Assembly: GCA_002269645.1 (NCBI GenBank)
Contig: NIVC01000886.1
Location: forward strand, 124,001-188,000
DNA length: 64,000 nt
Direction of reading: 5' to 3'
From: Macrostomum lignano
Taxonomy: Eukaryota
The translations under genes and the position numbers were made by a program. The notes beneath the pieces are model-generated. The model saw nothing but the letters and a program-made list of their open reading frames with translations, did not search any database and was not told the origin of the DNA. Positions 1 to 12,115 of the stretch are shown here, one piece after another. Numbering within the stretch: the stretch's first letter is position 1; each line of letters begins with the position of its first letter.

Positions 1-1490
1 TTCTAACCGATACATTTCCTTTTGTGTTCTTTTGTTTTGGCTTCTTTTTATATGGCCTATACTTAAGGAATTCTAAACCCTACACCAACTCACAGCGCCA
101 ACTAATAGCACCAGTTTAGCGCGCAAATTGAGGGCTCCAATTATAGGCGACGCACTGATGGCGCCATGACAGGCCGCAGTGAAGGGGCAGCAGGAAAAGG
201 GCGCCATGGCTGCAGAGGCTGCTTGGCTGCTGAGGCCGGAGTTCTGAGTGCCGGAGCCGGTGCTGCCGAAGTGCCGGTGCTGCATTTGGGCGCCGGTCCT
301 TAGCGGCTGTTCTAGCGGGGTCACTAGAAAAGAAGCTCAAAGTTGCAGTGGGGCCGCAGAAGCCCCTCAACTCAGTGTACTGGATTCGCGCCTGTTGCAA
401 AATGCCCTAGTGTCGCACTGCTCAAACTCAAACTGCAGCAGGAGCAGAAAAATGATGGAAACAAGCAAAAAAGTGTGTGAAAAAAGTGTTCTGCATCACA
501 AATCTTCATGGGTGACTTTTTATGGTTGGTAACATAAACACTGAAGTCGTTCTCCGATTACAATGAAAATCGTGTCAGATGTGAAGAATTCGGTCAGCTT
601 TAAAGCGAGACCAAAATTGCAAAATTCAGTGTTGCTATTCCCGAATTATCAACAATTTTGAGCAGAAAGTCAGCCCATCTTTACAAGCTGTTCTTTGGAA
701 ACAAACTGACCTGCCTTGGGAGCTGGGCCGCCTGGGCCTTCCACGCCTACTGTGCTCCCTGGCCAGCCCATCCATTGCGTCATGTTGTACGCTCGTTATT
801 CAACGCTTCAGAATCATTATTTAATAAGACTACTAAAAATACATTCATGAGACAATGTGCTTGTGCATGTGGTTTAGGAGGTAGACAATTATTGATTTTT
901 CACGAGTGGCGAAGCCACCATTGCTCTGGGGTGGGGCCACAGACCCTTTGAATATTCTAATCTAAATGGTCTGTAGGTGGGGCAGAGGTTCCGCTTTTCA
1001 GTGTGCGTGCGTTTTGGCCTCACTTCTGCCAATGTGCATTTAGTTTTACTCATTTTTCTGAGGGGTAAGGATTCCTATACTTGCGCTGTCAGCCCTCCCG
1101 ATGTACGGCAATGACTTTCTCTGACGGCCGCGTGCGCTCGGTTTTCTCTCCCAGCCTTTCATTCCAACCTGCGTTCGATACTTCTGTCGCTAACCGCTGC
1201 TTTGCTTGCTTTTACTGCCCCTCTCCCTCCCACCGCTGCTCTGAGTGGTCTCCAAGCCCAATTTGCTCTCTTCTGTCTTTTCTTGCTATCTTAAGTATCG
1301 TGTTTTCTTGCTGCAGAGCCTCCTGTCTGCTTTGAAAAGTTCTGTTTTCCCTGCGAGTCTCTGCCTGCCGCTCCGTCAGCAGACTGGCGATCATTCAGAA
1401 CTGGCCATCGGTGAGTCCTGCTCTGCCCTGCTCTGGCTGGCGTTGTAGTGAGCTGTCTGTTAGACTTGCAATTGCTCACCGTCTTGTTAT
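1..1490 (+). repeat. 5' flank and probable 5'UTR exon of ankyrin-cGLR copy 1, paralogous to 14578-16692 (tandem segmental duplication)
   Basis: Collinear similarity to 14578-16692 (ttctaaccgat..., aaaccctacaccaact, ggccatcg|gtgagtcctgctctgccctg). Shared splice donor at 1411 and 16606. Confidence 0.8.
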
Positions 1491-3667
1491 AATACTGTAT
1501 GCAGCTAGCATTTCGCTTGCTTGTTACTATTATTGCAAATGAATTTGAGAATAATTTAAAATATTTGTGCATTAATTCTTGCACTCAGCTTTTGTCTCCA
1601 AACCATGCAGAATTGAAATATTTTAAACTCCCTGAGTCTTTTCCAGCTCCCTACGCTATTTCTCCCTTCTCTCTATCCTTCCCTTCTTTTCTCTCCCTTT
1701 TTCTCCTCTCTTTCGCTTCCAACTTCCCTCTTTCTCCCTCACTCCTTTAAGAAGAAACACATGCAAATTGAAATGTCAGCACACACATGATAGAATTATT
1801 TTTACTTTTCAGTCAAAAACAACACACCAAGAATATGAGCCAACAAGATCAACTCAGTGCTTATGACGCTGCTAGCACAGGAAATATTCAGGAAAGAGAA
1901 GACAACGCCTATTTTTTACCCAAAACTGTCTTAAACATTGCTTCAAGAGATGGTCAGTTAGAAGTCGTCAAGCTTATTGTGACTAATGTCGCTGACCAAA
2001 CAAGCAGGGATCAGTGCTGCATTGAGGCGGCGGAATATGCTGCAATCACAGGTCAGTTAGCAGTCGTCAAGTTTCTCGTCGAGACAGTCGCTGACCGAAC
2101 AAACAGAGATCAGTGCTGCATCAATGCTGGTAAATCTGCTGCATTCAATGGTCACTTAGAATTGGTGAAGCTTCTAATGCAAACAATTGCTAGCAAAACA
2201 AAAAGAGATCAGTGCTGCATCAACGTTTCGGAATTATCTGCAAGAAATGATCGGTGGAAAGTCGTCAAATTTCTCGTGCAAACAGTCGCTGACCAAAGAA
2301 AAAGAGATCAGTGCTGCATTGAAACCGCAAAATCTGCTGCGGCCAAGAATCAGTTAGAAGTCGTCAAGTTTCTCGTCCACATGGTCGCTGACCAAACAGA
2401 CAGAGACCACTGTTGCATCGAAGCTGCAAAATCTGCTGCATTCAACGGTCAGTTAGAAGTCGTCAAGTTTCTCGTCGCTGAGCAAGGAAACAGATATCAC
2501 TGCTGCATAGAGACTGCGAAATATGCTGCGAGCAATGGTCAGTTAGAAGTGGTCAAGTTCCTCAGCTCGTGTCTCTCAAGTCCGAATCAAAGAGCGAATC
2601 TTCGTTTCCAATGCGCAGTCGCGGCTTGCTCTCGTCTTTTCGAAGATGTCGTTGCCTCCCTCGGCCTCGAGTCCGACTGGCTCTTCCAATCCAGCACCAT
2701 CCTCAGCTTCACTGCAGCAATGGCCATCCAAGGCAGGAACTCTGTTCTCACTGACACCCTCTCTCGAATGCAGCCAGTTCACATCACACAGCTGCTCCGT
2801 CTCTCCATCTCTCAAAGACACGTCGCTCTTGCTGTCACACTGATCAATGATGAGCGAGTCAGCAAAGAGCATGTCGATCTGCCAGACAGCACTGGAGCCA
2901 CTGCTCTCATGCTGGCAGCTGATGCAGGTCATCACGAGCTCATTGAGAAACTCATCGATCTCGGTGCGTCAGTGCGTGCTGAAGACAGTCAGGGTCGGAC
3001 TGCTCTGTCACGAGCGTGCGAAGCCGGTCACGTGCGAGCAGCCAAGGCTCTGATGGACAGAGGAGCGGATGCGAGTCATCGAGACGGTCAGGGTCTGACG
3101 TGTGCGCAGGTGGCACAGCGATTTGAGCAGCGGCAGGTGCTGCGGCTGCTGGATCTCAGTGCAGCGGGGTGAGTGAGGCGAGAATTTTGCCAGTTCAAAA
3201 CACTATTGGTAAACTTTCAACTTTAAAAAAAACTGTTATATTTCTGCTTTATGACTGACTGTTGATAGTGCAAGAAAATTTGCTCGAAATGCGCTCCGTT
3301 TTGATGTTTTCTTTTATATCTTCTGTGGAAATATTTTAACAGATTTGAAATGATTCAGACAAAAGTGGTCAGTTATACATAGGGGCAAAATAGTTGAACC
3401 CTCTCTTTTCACTTTTCTCTTTTCTTGGAACTCTTATTAAAAACTTCAAGCACTGAAGTCTTATGTCTTCGATCCAGCAAATGTATTTTTCACTTCCGCA
3501 TTGCAGAAGCCCAGAGGCCAGGCAGGCAGCCGCTCACCGCTTGAATTCGGGCCTCCATCGGTGAGTCTGACCGGTTTGGCTTTCACAGCCGCATTGCGCC
3601 TTCCAACAGGTTGGCAGCTTGGGGCAGAAATTGCAGCAAAACTCAGCAGGGTTGAGATTGGGTTGGA

Positions 3668-3815
3668 CTGAGTGCTGCAGCAGCTGCACTCTCAGCTCTC
3701 CTGCTTGAGATGCCAGTCTGAGTGCTGCAGCAGCTGCACTCTCATCCCTCCTGCTTGAGATGCCAGTCTGAGTGCTGCAGCAGCTGCACTCTCAGCCTCT
3801 CAGCTCTCCTGCTTG
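3668..3815 (+). repeat. About 50-bp intronic tandem repeat (about 3 copies), also present in copy 2 at about 22208-22370
   Basis: Unit ctgagtgctgcagcagctgcactctcagctctcctgcttgagatgccagt is repeated in the same intron of both paralogues. Confidence 0.75.
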
Positions 3816-4707
3816 TTCTGTCCATCCAACTCCGAAAAGTCACCCACACACATCTCGGATCATTTCAGACTCTCAGACGACTCCCAGCAAGACAGGCGCC
3901 TGAGCGAGGAGCTGTATCGACTGCTCAGCGATGCGGGATTTACCTACCGGAGAGCAAACTGTCAGCAGAGACTGGCTGACTGGCTGCAACATGTCGCTCG
4001 AGTCCTCACACAGGATGGCAGGCAGATGACGGGCAGCTACGCAGAGGGCTGGGCCAACAGTCTGGTGCAAGTGAACGGCAGGACAGCTGCAGACTCGGAC
4101 ATTGACTGGACTGTGCTGGTTGCTGGGCAGCAGTTCCATCTGGAACGTGGCTGCAACAGAGATCGGCAGCAATGCAAAGACGCCACTCGGCTGTAGGTCA
4201 CGGAGGGCCACGCACAGGTGGCAGTGGGAGCAGGTGAGTGAGGCTGGGTTCATCATCAGAATGCTGAGATCCGCATGCAACTGGAAGCAAGTTAACTTTG
4301 CTCAATTTTAAATTCGCAACCGAGTGGCGCCCAGCCTCCAGCAGCTTCTGTGACTGCGAATGTCGGCCTGGGTGCTGAAACAAGCGGCAGGCAAAATTGA
4401 ATTGAAAACTCTGATGCCGACTGGCTGAGCCGGGCCATTGGCTTTTGAATTCACAGCTCCGGTTGCAGCAGAGTGGGTGCAGCGGTGCTTGGGTGACCCA
4501 CGGTAGGCAGCATGGCTCTGCTGAGGTGCCACTGCTCTCACTTGGAAAATTTCAAACAAAATAAACCGAAGCCGCCCTGACTGCCTGATTGGTGCCTTGC
4601 TGCGGGGCACTGAGTCCTGATGATGCTTGAGCAGTTGTGCTGAGCTGCAACCTGATGAATTAAAATTTGGTGGTGAATAAACAGGCATTAGCGGGCGTAG
4701 GTATATT

Positions 4708-4895
4708 TGGTAATAATAATAATATTTGATTACACCTGTCCCCCATTGGGCCAGATGTGCAACCGACAGCTCAGCCGCAGCTATATTGCGCGGCGCATCT
4801 GAAGGCTGCGTACGGCTGTTCAGTCCAAGGACTGAGTCGTTTCCACACACACCCTCAATTACCCCAGCTAATGCTGCACCCATTTTACAACTTAA
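4708..4895 (-). mobile_element. 5'-truncated SINE-like element with (TTA)n tail, in intron 3 of copy 1
   Basis: Reverse complement of about 14020-14198 (aatgggtg...cagcattagctggggtaattgagggtgtgtgtgg...caggtgtaatcaa then (tta)n). Absent from the equivalent intron of copy 2. Confidence 0.7.
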
Positions 4896-7800
4896 ATTTA
4901 GCAAGTGTGTAAGCGCGTAAGAAATTTCGACCAGGAGGGCCAAGTCAGACTTGCATCCTATTTTCCATTCTCCTACTTACATCTCCTCAACTTTTCAACC
5001 CAAACAATTTGCACGTTTGGATGCGAGCGCACATTTTCCATTCTCTCTCATTCAGCTAGCTCGTTTATCACTGATGACAAAATTTTAGCTTTAACTCGTA
5101 GCTAGAAAGAAATGAGTTAGGTAAAAAAATTGACCCTTATGTTTTTAAAACACCTTTTATTGGACAGAAAAATACTCGAAATCCCCATCCAGCAAAGAAA
5201 AAATCGGAAGTTTCAAACCAACCCATCTCTTTTACTGGCCAAAATGCGAATATCCGCTCACCGCGCTCCGCAGGCAGCCAACCTGCAGTGGCGGCCACGG
5301 CGTGTGGTGTGCGGCCTGCACAGGACACGTGTCATGCGATCCAGTGCTGCAGCAGTTTCTGTGAGAACAGAATTAGAAAACTGAGTGAAAGCTTGGATAA
5401 AGTTCACCTCGTTCGGGCAACCAGACCGAGCTCGACAAACGAGCTCAGAGTGAGTTTCAGCTTCCATGAGAAAGACACCATGAGACAGCTGAGCACAGTC
5501 CAGGGCCAGCTGTTCACACTCATCAAGTTCATCTTCAAGAGACACTTGCCGCTCACGCTGGACACACCTGGACTCAAGACCTACCATGCAAAGACTCTGC
5601 TCTTCGTAATGTTGGAGAAGCTCGAAGACTCGGAAAGCTCAAGCGACTCGGAAAATTTAAAAGATTCTACACAAGTTGAAGATTGGCAGCCCCAAAATCT
5701 GATCGCTCTGCTCAATGAGTCTCTAGACATGATGCTGAGCTTCATCGACTCGAGCAGCTCTCCCGATGAGTGCATGCCGCACTTCTTCATGCCCGACGCT
5801 CCGCTCTACTTCAAGAACGCTGGAATCGGCGGCGACTTCGACAAAACGAAGGCGAGGGTTCGAGACCGACTTTGTGAGCTGAGAAGCGACATCGGCGGAG
5901 TGGTCGAGCAGCTGAGGAGACTCGTGAGACCTCTGCAGTCAGAGAAGTTCTACTTTCACCTTTTCACTCTGCTTCCTCTGACAGCGCCGCCTGCTGTCAC
6001 GGAGATCAGGGAAAGAAGTGGCTATCCAGAAATGTACTACAAGTTCGCAGACGTGTACAGTGTGGTGCACCAGTGTGTGAGCGAGCTGCAGTCGGAATCG
6101 AGCGACAGAGACACCCTGATGAGGCAGCTCAGTCTCCTGCATGAGCTGCAGTGGTGCAAGTGCGCCGCCCTGTGCATGACCGCCATGGCGCATTTGAAGT
6201 TCGGAGAATATGAGGAGGCTGAGAGACTCGCGAGGGAGCTGCAGAGACATCAGGTTGAGTCAGGGTTGGAGCCAGATTATATTCAAAGAGACATTGATTT
6301 TGGCCCCACTAAATTGCCAGAGGACTCAGACTGGGCGTGGAGGTTTTGCCTCCCCTGCGACTCTCCGCCTCGCTTCCCATTCCTTCCCGAGTTCACGCAG
6401 ACTCTGTTCACAGCCAGACTGTCGCAGCCTCTCTCCTCCCACCTGTACGTGAACTTCCGCTGCCTGAGCTTGAGTCTCCAAGCTGAGCTGCTCCGCAATC
6501 GCGCACCTGCAATCAAACTGGAGGATTGGAAGCGAGAGCTGGAAGAAGACCCGGACTTGGAGGAGCTGCTCACTCTGGCTCACTACAGCGACTGCCGCGA
6601 GCATGTGGAGCTCAGCCTGCAGCAGATGGAGATGATCGAGAAAGAGAGACGCGTCGCCATGGAGACGCAGGACGAGGAGAAGATCGGCTGGGTCAGGCAG
6701 AAGCGGTGGCGAGTTTCGAACCGCAGCGGCAGCGACAGCGGCGCTCACCGCAGCAGGGAAGATGAGGAGCGGAGGCTGTGGGCGAAGGCGAGGCTGCGGC
6801 GAGACGGGGCCGACTTGGGGCGCCTGGTTGCCATGGAAACTGCAGCGGAGCAGAGAGACAGCTGGACTCACGCCAAGCTCAGTCGGATGACACTGCAGTG
6901 ACCTGGACTGGACTGGAATTTCAGACCCATAACTGTGTACTAGCTCGTAGTTCCGTTGAGTTTCTCTATTTTTTTCTCTTCAATTCAATTGAGTCTAAGT
7001 GAGATTCAATTGAGCTTTGTAACTTGTATTTTAAATAATTTTTGTTTAAGGTCTTAGATTATTGTCTGTACATGCTATCACCCCTTGTTTCCCTTTCCCT
7101 TGTTTTTTTTAGTTGCTTTTTAGGAACTGAGCACATCGAGAGCCATCGAGTGCGAGCAGCCCTCCTGCTATGAAGTGCAGTTTTGCACATTTGTGCTGCA
7201 ATTCAATTCACACTGCATGCTGAATTGCTTTTTCCATTCAAACTGTGTGTCTGCTTTGATGCGGGCTTTTCTCTGCGATTTTGTTCTGTGGACTTCAATA
7301 TCCAATTGCCAATGCTTTTTATTAAAATATTCAAGCCAAATGCACAGGTAGCAGTTATCTGCATAAACCTGGAAAATTGAAAAGTCGGCTGGGTCAGGGA
7401 GAAGCTGGAGAGACTTGATGCAGCAGCTTGAGTTGAATTCGGAATTTTGTAAGCATTTGTGGATTTCAAGAATTTTTGTTTTAAAACAAAACAGTTTCTG
7501 GTAAACATTTTACATGTATTTTTATGTCCTAAAATATTGTGTGTACATGCTCCTTAAATATGTCAGCACAATTAACATGTGAATGTTTTCATCATGTACT
7601 TCCATCACATACTTTCATCACATACTTTCATCATGTACTCTGCAGCGACTGCCAGCCTGATATTCAGTGACTCTCAGCTATTTGATCGATTGCTGTCATG
7701 TGCCAGTGATCATAATAAAAACAAGCGTAAATTATAAAATGCGTTCAACCCTACTGTCAGTAGTTGTACTCGTGGGTTCCTTAATTTATAATATTTAGCA

Positions 7801-8289
7801 TGTTTGCTTGCTTTTTACGATATGCAAATACATTTAACTCACTATGTTTGCTTTTAATGCTGCCTTTGACGTGCTGCAAGCTAAAAGTTTTCTGATATTT
7901 TAACAGTAGGAATATCAAACCATTTTTCCGCCCGTCGAACTACGAAAAGGGGCGGGGAATTTCCCACCCCCTGACAATTTTTTTTGCTGCGCTGGAACGG
8001 AGCAACGCAGACACACAAAAATCAAGAACACGGGCTAACTTTTTGTTGCGCACCTTCTCAAACAAGAATCAAGTCGCCAGCCCTCCGGACCGTCGAGATA
8101 TTCGACAATTCTGCCAGAAGGTCGGATTTTACCCATAAGCGCTAGTGTATTCAGTGCACCCCTGTGCGCCGATCAGCACTGCGCCTCAGTGCAGCCTTGC
8201 CAAGTCTTTAAATTTCATCAGCACGTCGACCACATGTGTCTGCATCAGCTCTGACTTTGTTGGTCACTGGCCTTCTCCCAGACGGAGCT

Positions 8290-8730
8290 TCTAGACCTTC
8301 AAGAGGTGGCACCAAGTGACTACGGACACGCTGTTGCAAATTATCTTGTTTCGCTGATCAAGCCTCGATAGTGGGCAAATCTCAACTGCTAGGTATCCTC
8401 AGCTAGTCTATCGAGCATTCCGTCATCACCCTGACGCCGTCGGCACCTTCAACAGATGACACCAGGCGACTATAAAAACCCTGATGCAAATTTCTCGAGT
8501 TTCGCCGATCAAACCTTTACAGTGGGCAAGCCTCAACTTTTGGACACCCTCAGCTGGTCTCTCGAGCATTCCGTCACCACCCTGACACCGTCGGCACCTT
8601 CAACAGGTGGCATCAGATGACTATGGACATCCTTTCGCAACTATATCAGGTTTTTCTTATTAAGCTTCAATAATGGGCAAACATTAACTGCTAGGCAACC
8701 TCAACTGGTTTCTCAAGCATTCTGTCGGCA
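8290..8730. repeat. Degenerate tandem repeat, period about 151 bp, about 3 copies
   Basis: gtgggcaa/atgggcaa at 8371, 8522 and 8673; cgagcattccgtca..accctgac.ccgtcggcaccttcaacag recurs. Confidence 0.75.
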
Positions 8731-8947
8731 TTCTTCTGCTTGACTCAGCTGCAGGGGCTCCGTGCATCTGGATGCAGTGAGGAGTGAGGGTTTTAAATGT
8801 ACATCCGTCATATGTACAGCTGCTCGTCTATTTTATCAGGCTGACAAAAATAATACTTAAAAGGCAAACTTGCATTGCATTGCACCCTAATTTTAGGCCT
8901 GACGACGAGGCCAGAGGCTGGAAACCGGTATCCTCGTATAATGCTAA

Positions 8948-9932
<985 letters not shown>

Positions 9933-10229
9933 CATCCTCGCAACGGATTTTCCATGAAGGTAGCGATGTCTGGCAAAACAGCCGTGACCCGAGATGGCCA
10001 TGGTAGCTTCGAGTTCAATTGCTGAGACCATTTTTCGAAAGCAGTTTCTTTTCCGAAATTCTACGAAATCTCCCTGACAGAAGCACAGCAGTTGAATCAC
10101 TTGCATCTCTTGGAATATTTTGGCTGAACAGCTTTCTAGGAAATAAAGACTGCAAATATGCAAGCCTTTTGACAGAATAAGGCACTTAATTTTATAGAGT
10201 TACTTCTTTCTGCCATAACTCTCTTTGGT

Positions 10230-10512
10230 GCCACTGACTCATCTGTATTGGCGCCACTGACTCATCTGTATTGGCGCCACTGACTCATCTGTATTGGCGC
10301 CACTGACTCATCTGTATTGGCGCCACTGACTCATCTGTATTGGCGCCACTGACTCATCTGTATTGGCGCCACTGACTCATCTGTATTGGCGCCACTGACT
10401 CATCTGTATTGGCGCCTCTGACTCATCTGTATTGGCGCCACTGACTCATCTGTATTGGCGCCACTGACTCATCTGTATTGGCGCCACTGACTCATCTGTA
10501 TTGCGCCAAAGA
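10230..10512. repeat. 23-bp tandem repeat (gccactgactcatctgtattggc), about 12 copies
   Basis: ccactgactc at 10231 and 10254, then every 23 bp. Confidence 0.95.
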
Positions 10513-10671
10513 CTCATCCGAATTGGCGCCACAGGTGAGTGGCGCTCTGCAAATATTTGATCCCGTTTTTTACTGAAAGCCTCGTAAAGCCCAGCTTCAT
10601 TTGAAAACTCACAGATTCGGCCTTCGTTTTAATAGTAGCCTTGAAACTAAATAAACCGAAGTTAGCTCCTA

Positions 10672-10912
10672 GTTGCTAAGAAAATTAAGATTATCAAGCT
10701 GATCTGGTTGCTAAGGAAACCATCAAGCTGATCCGGTTGATAAGGAAATCATCAAGCTGATTAAGTTTCTAAGGAAACCATCACGCTCATCCAGTTGCTA
10801 AGGAAATCATCAAGCTGATCCGGTTGCTAAGGAAACCATCACGCTCATCCGGTTGCTAAGGAAACCATCAAGCTGATCCGGTTGCTAAGGAAATCATATT
10901 TCTATAGCAACG
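10672..10912. repeat. 29-bp tandem repeat (atcaagctgatccggttgctaaggaaacc), about 7-8 copies, each with an RFX X-box-like motif
   Basis: atcaag at 10693 and 10722; GTTGCTAAGGAAAC at 10707-10720, 10823-10836, 10852-10865, plus variants. Confidence 0.85.
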
Positions 10913-10979
10913 CTGCTTCAATCGAAAGCTGAGAATGCTTCTCAGAAACAGTGCTCAAACCCGAACAAATCTGCAATCC

Positions 10980-11600
10980 AGCATCATTCATCTGCATCAT
11001 TCGCAACCAGAAATTCGAAGCAATGAACGAGCCTTATTGGAATGCATGTCTCATCTGCCACCCAACTTTTACTCAGAGCTCAGAGCCGAGCCGCTTCCGA
11101 TGCTCAGCCACTGAGCGCCACAGCGAGAGCCGCCTCAACAATGCCATGGAGTCGAGGCACACAAATCGAGGACCTTCCGTGAGTCAGCAAAGGCTCGTGT
11201 AGTGCCTTGCAAAGAGTTCCTTCAGATGTTACCGGTCCGGAATATCTGAGACACAAGGCCTGCTGTAGGAAGCAGCTGGGCCGGCGTCGCTAGCAAGGCC
11301 AGCTCCGACGCTTCCCCTGCCGCTGGCAGAGCCGCCCCATGCGGCTGCAAGGCGCCCTGAAACCGCCCTGCAGCTCGGAGACTTCATCATGGGCTTCTGG
11401 CCGACAAATGGCGAAGCACGCAGGTGGCCAGCAATTGTTTGCCAACCGCACCGAGTCACCAAATGCACGAGGGGCGTCAGCTCGGCAGACAAAACCTATG
11501 CTCAATTTCTGGACAGCCCGCCTTCGAGCTCCTGACTGCACCATTGGCGCCACCCAGAAGCAAATGAAGTGGTGCCACCCATGCGCCTCTCCGAGCCAAT
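10980..11600 (+). pseudogene. Relic of a PHD-like plus PWWP-like chromatin-reader gene
   Basis: Frame of 11344 reads LQLGDFIMGFWPTNGEARRWPAIVCQP...TYAQFLDSPPSS* (TGA 11533-11535). Upstream FICIIRNQ...NACLICHPTF resembles a decayed PHD finger. Recognition is by eye only. Confidence 0.35.
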
Positions 11601-11919
11601 TGAAGAAGGCGGAGGCCATGCATGAGGACAGCCGATTGGAATTGTTTGAAAAGCAACCAAAACTGCATGGCTGACTTCACTTTGGGAACTTTTCGCTTTT
11701 CATTCATCTCCAACTACAGTTGCATTCGTAATTGTTACTTTGTTAATGCAATGTAACTCAACGTTGTGCAGTCTAGCTACTTCATATAATTAAACAATGC
11801 ACTCTTGTATATGAGGTCCAATACTTAAATTCATGTTATGACTGCAATTCTATTTTTTCTACTTGGATCTGTAAATACGCGCTCGTATATATGTAAGTAA
11901 GTATATATACGAATGTATC

Positions 11920-12110
11920 TACTTCTCATCGTCTACTACATCTCAGCTTCACCTCTATCTACTTCTCAGCTTCTCCCGTATCTCAGCTGCGTCTCTATCT
12001 ACTTCTCAGCCTCTCCCGCATCTCAGCTGCGTCTCTATCTACTTCTTAGCCTCTCCCGCATCTCAGCTGCGTCTCTATCTACTTTTCAGCCTCTCCCGCA
12101 TCTCAGCTTT
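11920..12110. repeat. 40-bp tandem repeat, about 4.5 copies
   Basis: ctctatctac at 11953, 11993, 12033, 12073. Confidence 0.85.
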
Positions 12111-12115
12111 AATAT

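Larger units (their letters stand above)
1835..6901 (+). pseudogene. Ankyrin-repeat / cGAS-like (Mab-21, cGLR) nucleotidyltransferase fusion gene, copy 1, with premature stop
   Basis: Predicted exons 1835-3168, 3507-3560, 3869-4233, 5274-6901; all GT-AG and phase-matched; 3381 nt. Motifs: ankyrins (GATALMLAADAGH, GRTALSRACEAGH), GSYAEG...DSDID, QDTCHAI, LKTYHAKTLLF, CMPHFFMPD. In-frame TAG at 4194-4196 where copy 2 has CAG. Confidence 0.8.

Noticed and set aside
4463-4501. Possible extra micro-exon (AEWVQRCLGDPR) in intron 3 of both paralogues
   Set aside because: The flanking exons already join in frame without it, its end phase does not match the next exon, and the donor is weak. The conservation may only reflect recent duplication.
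1787-6901. Interpretation as a bacterial CBASS-like operon of separate ankyrin and CD-NTase genes
   Set aside because: Spliceosomal introns, SINE/LINE/Helitron context and phase-matched junctions indicate one eukaryotic gene.
7920-8150. Possible non-autonomous DNA transposon end
   Set aside because: No partner terminal inverted repeat or target-site duplication could be identified in the window.
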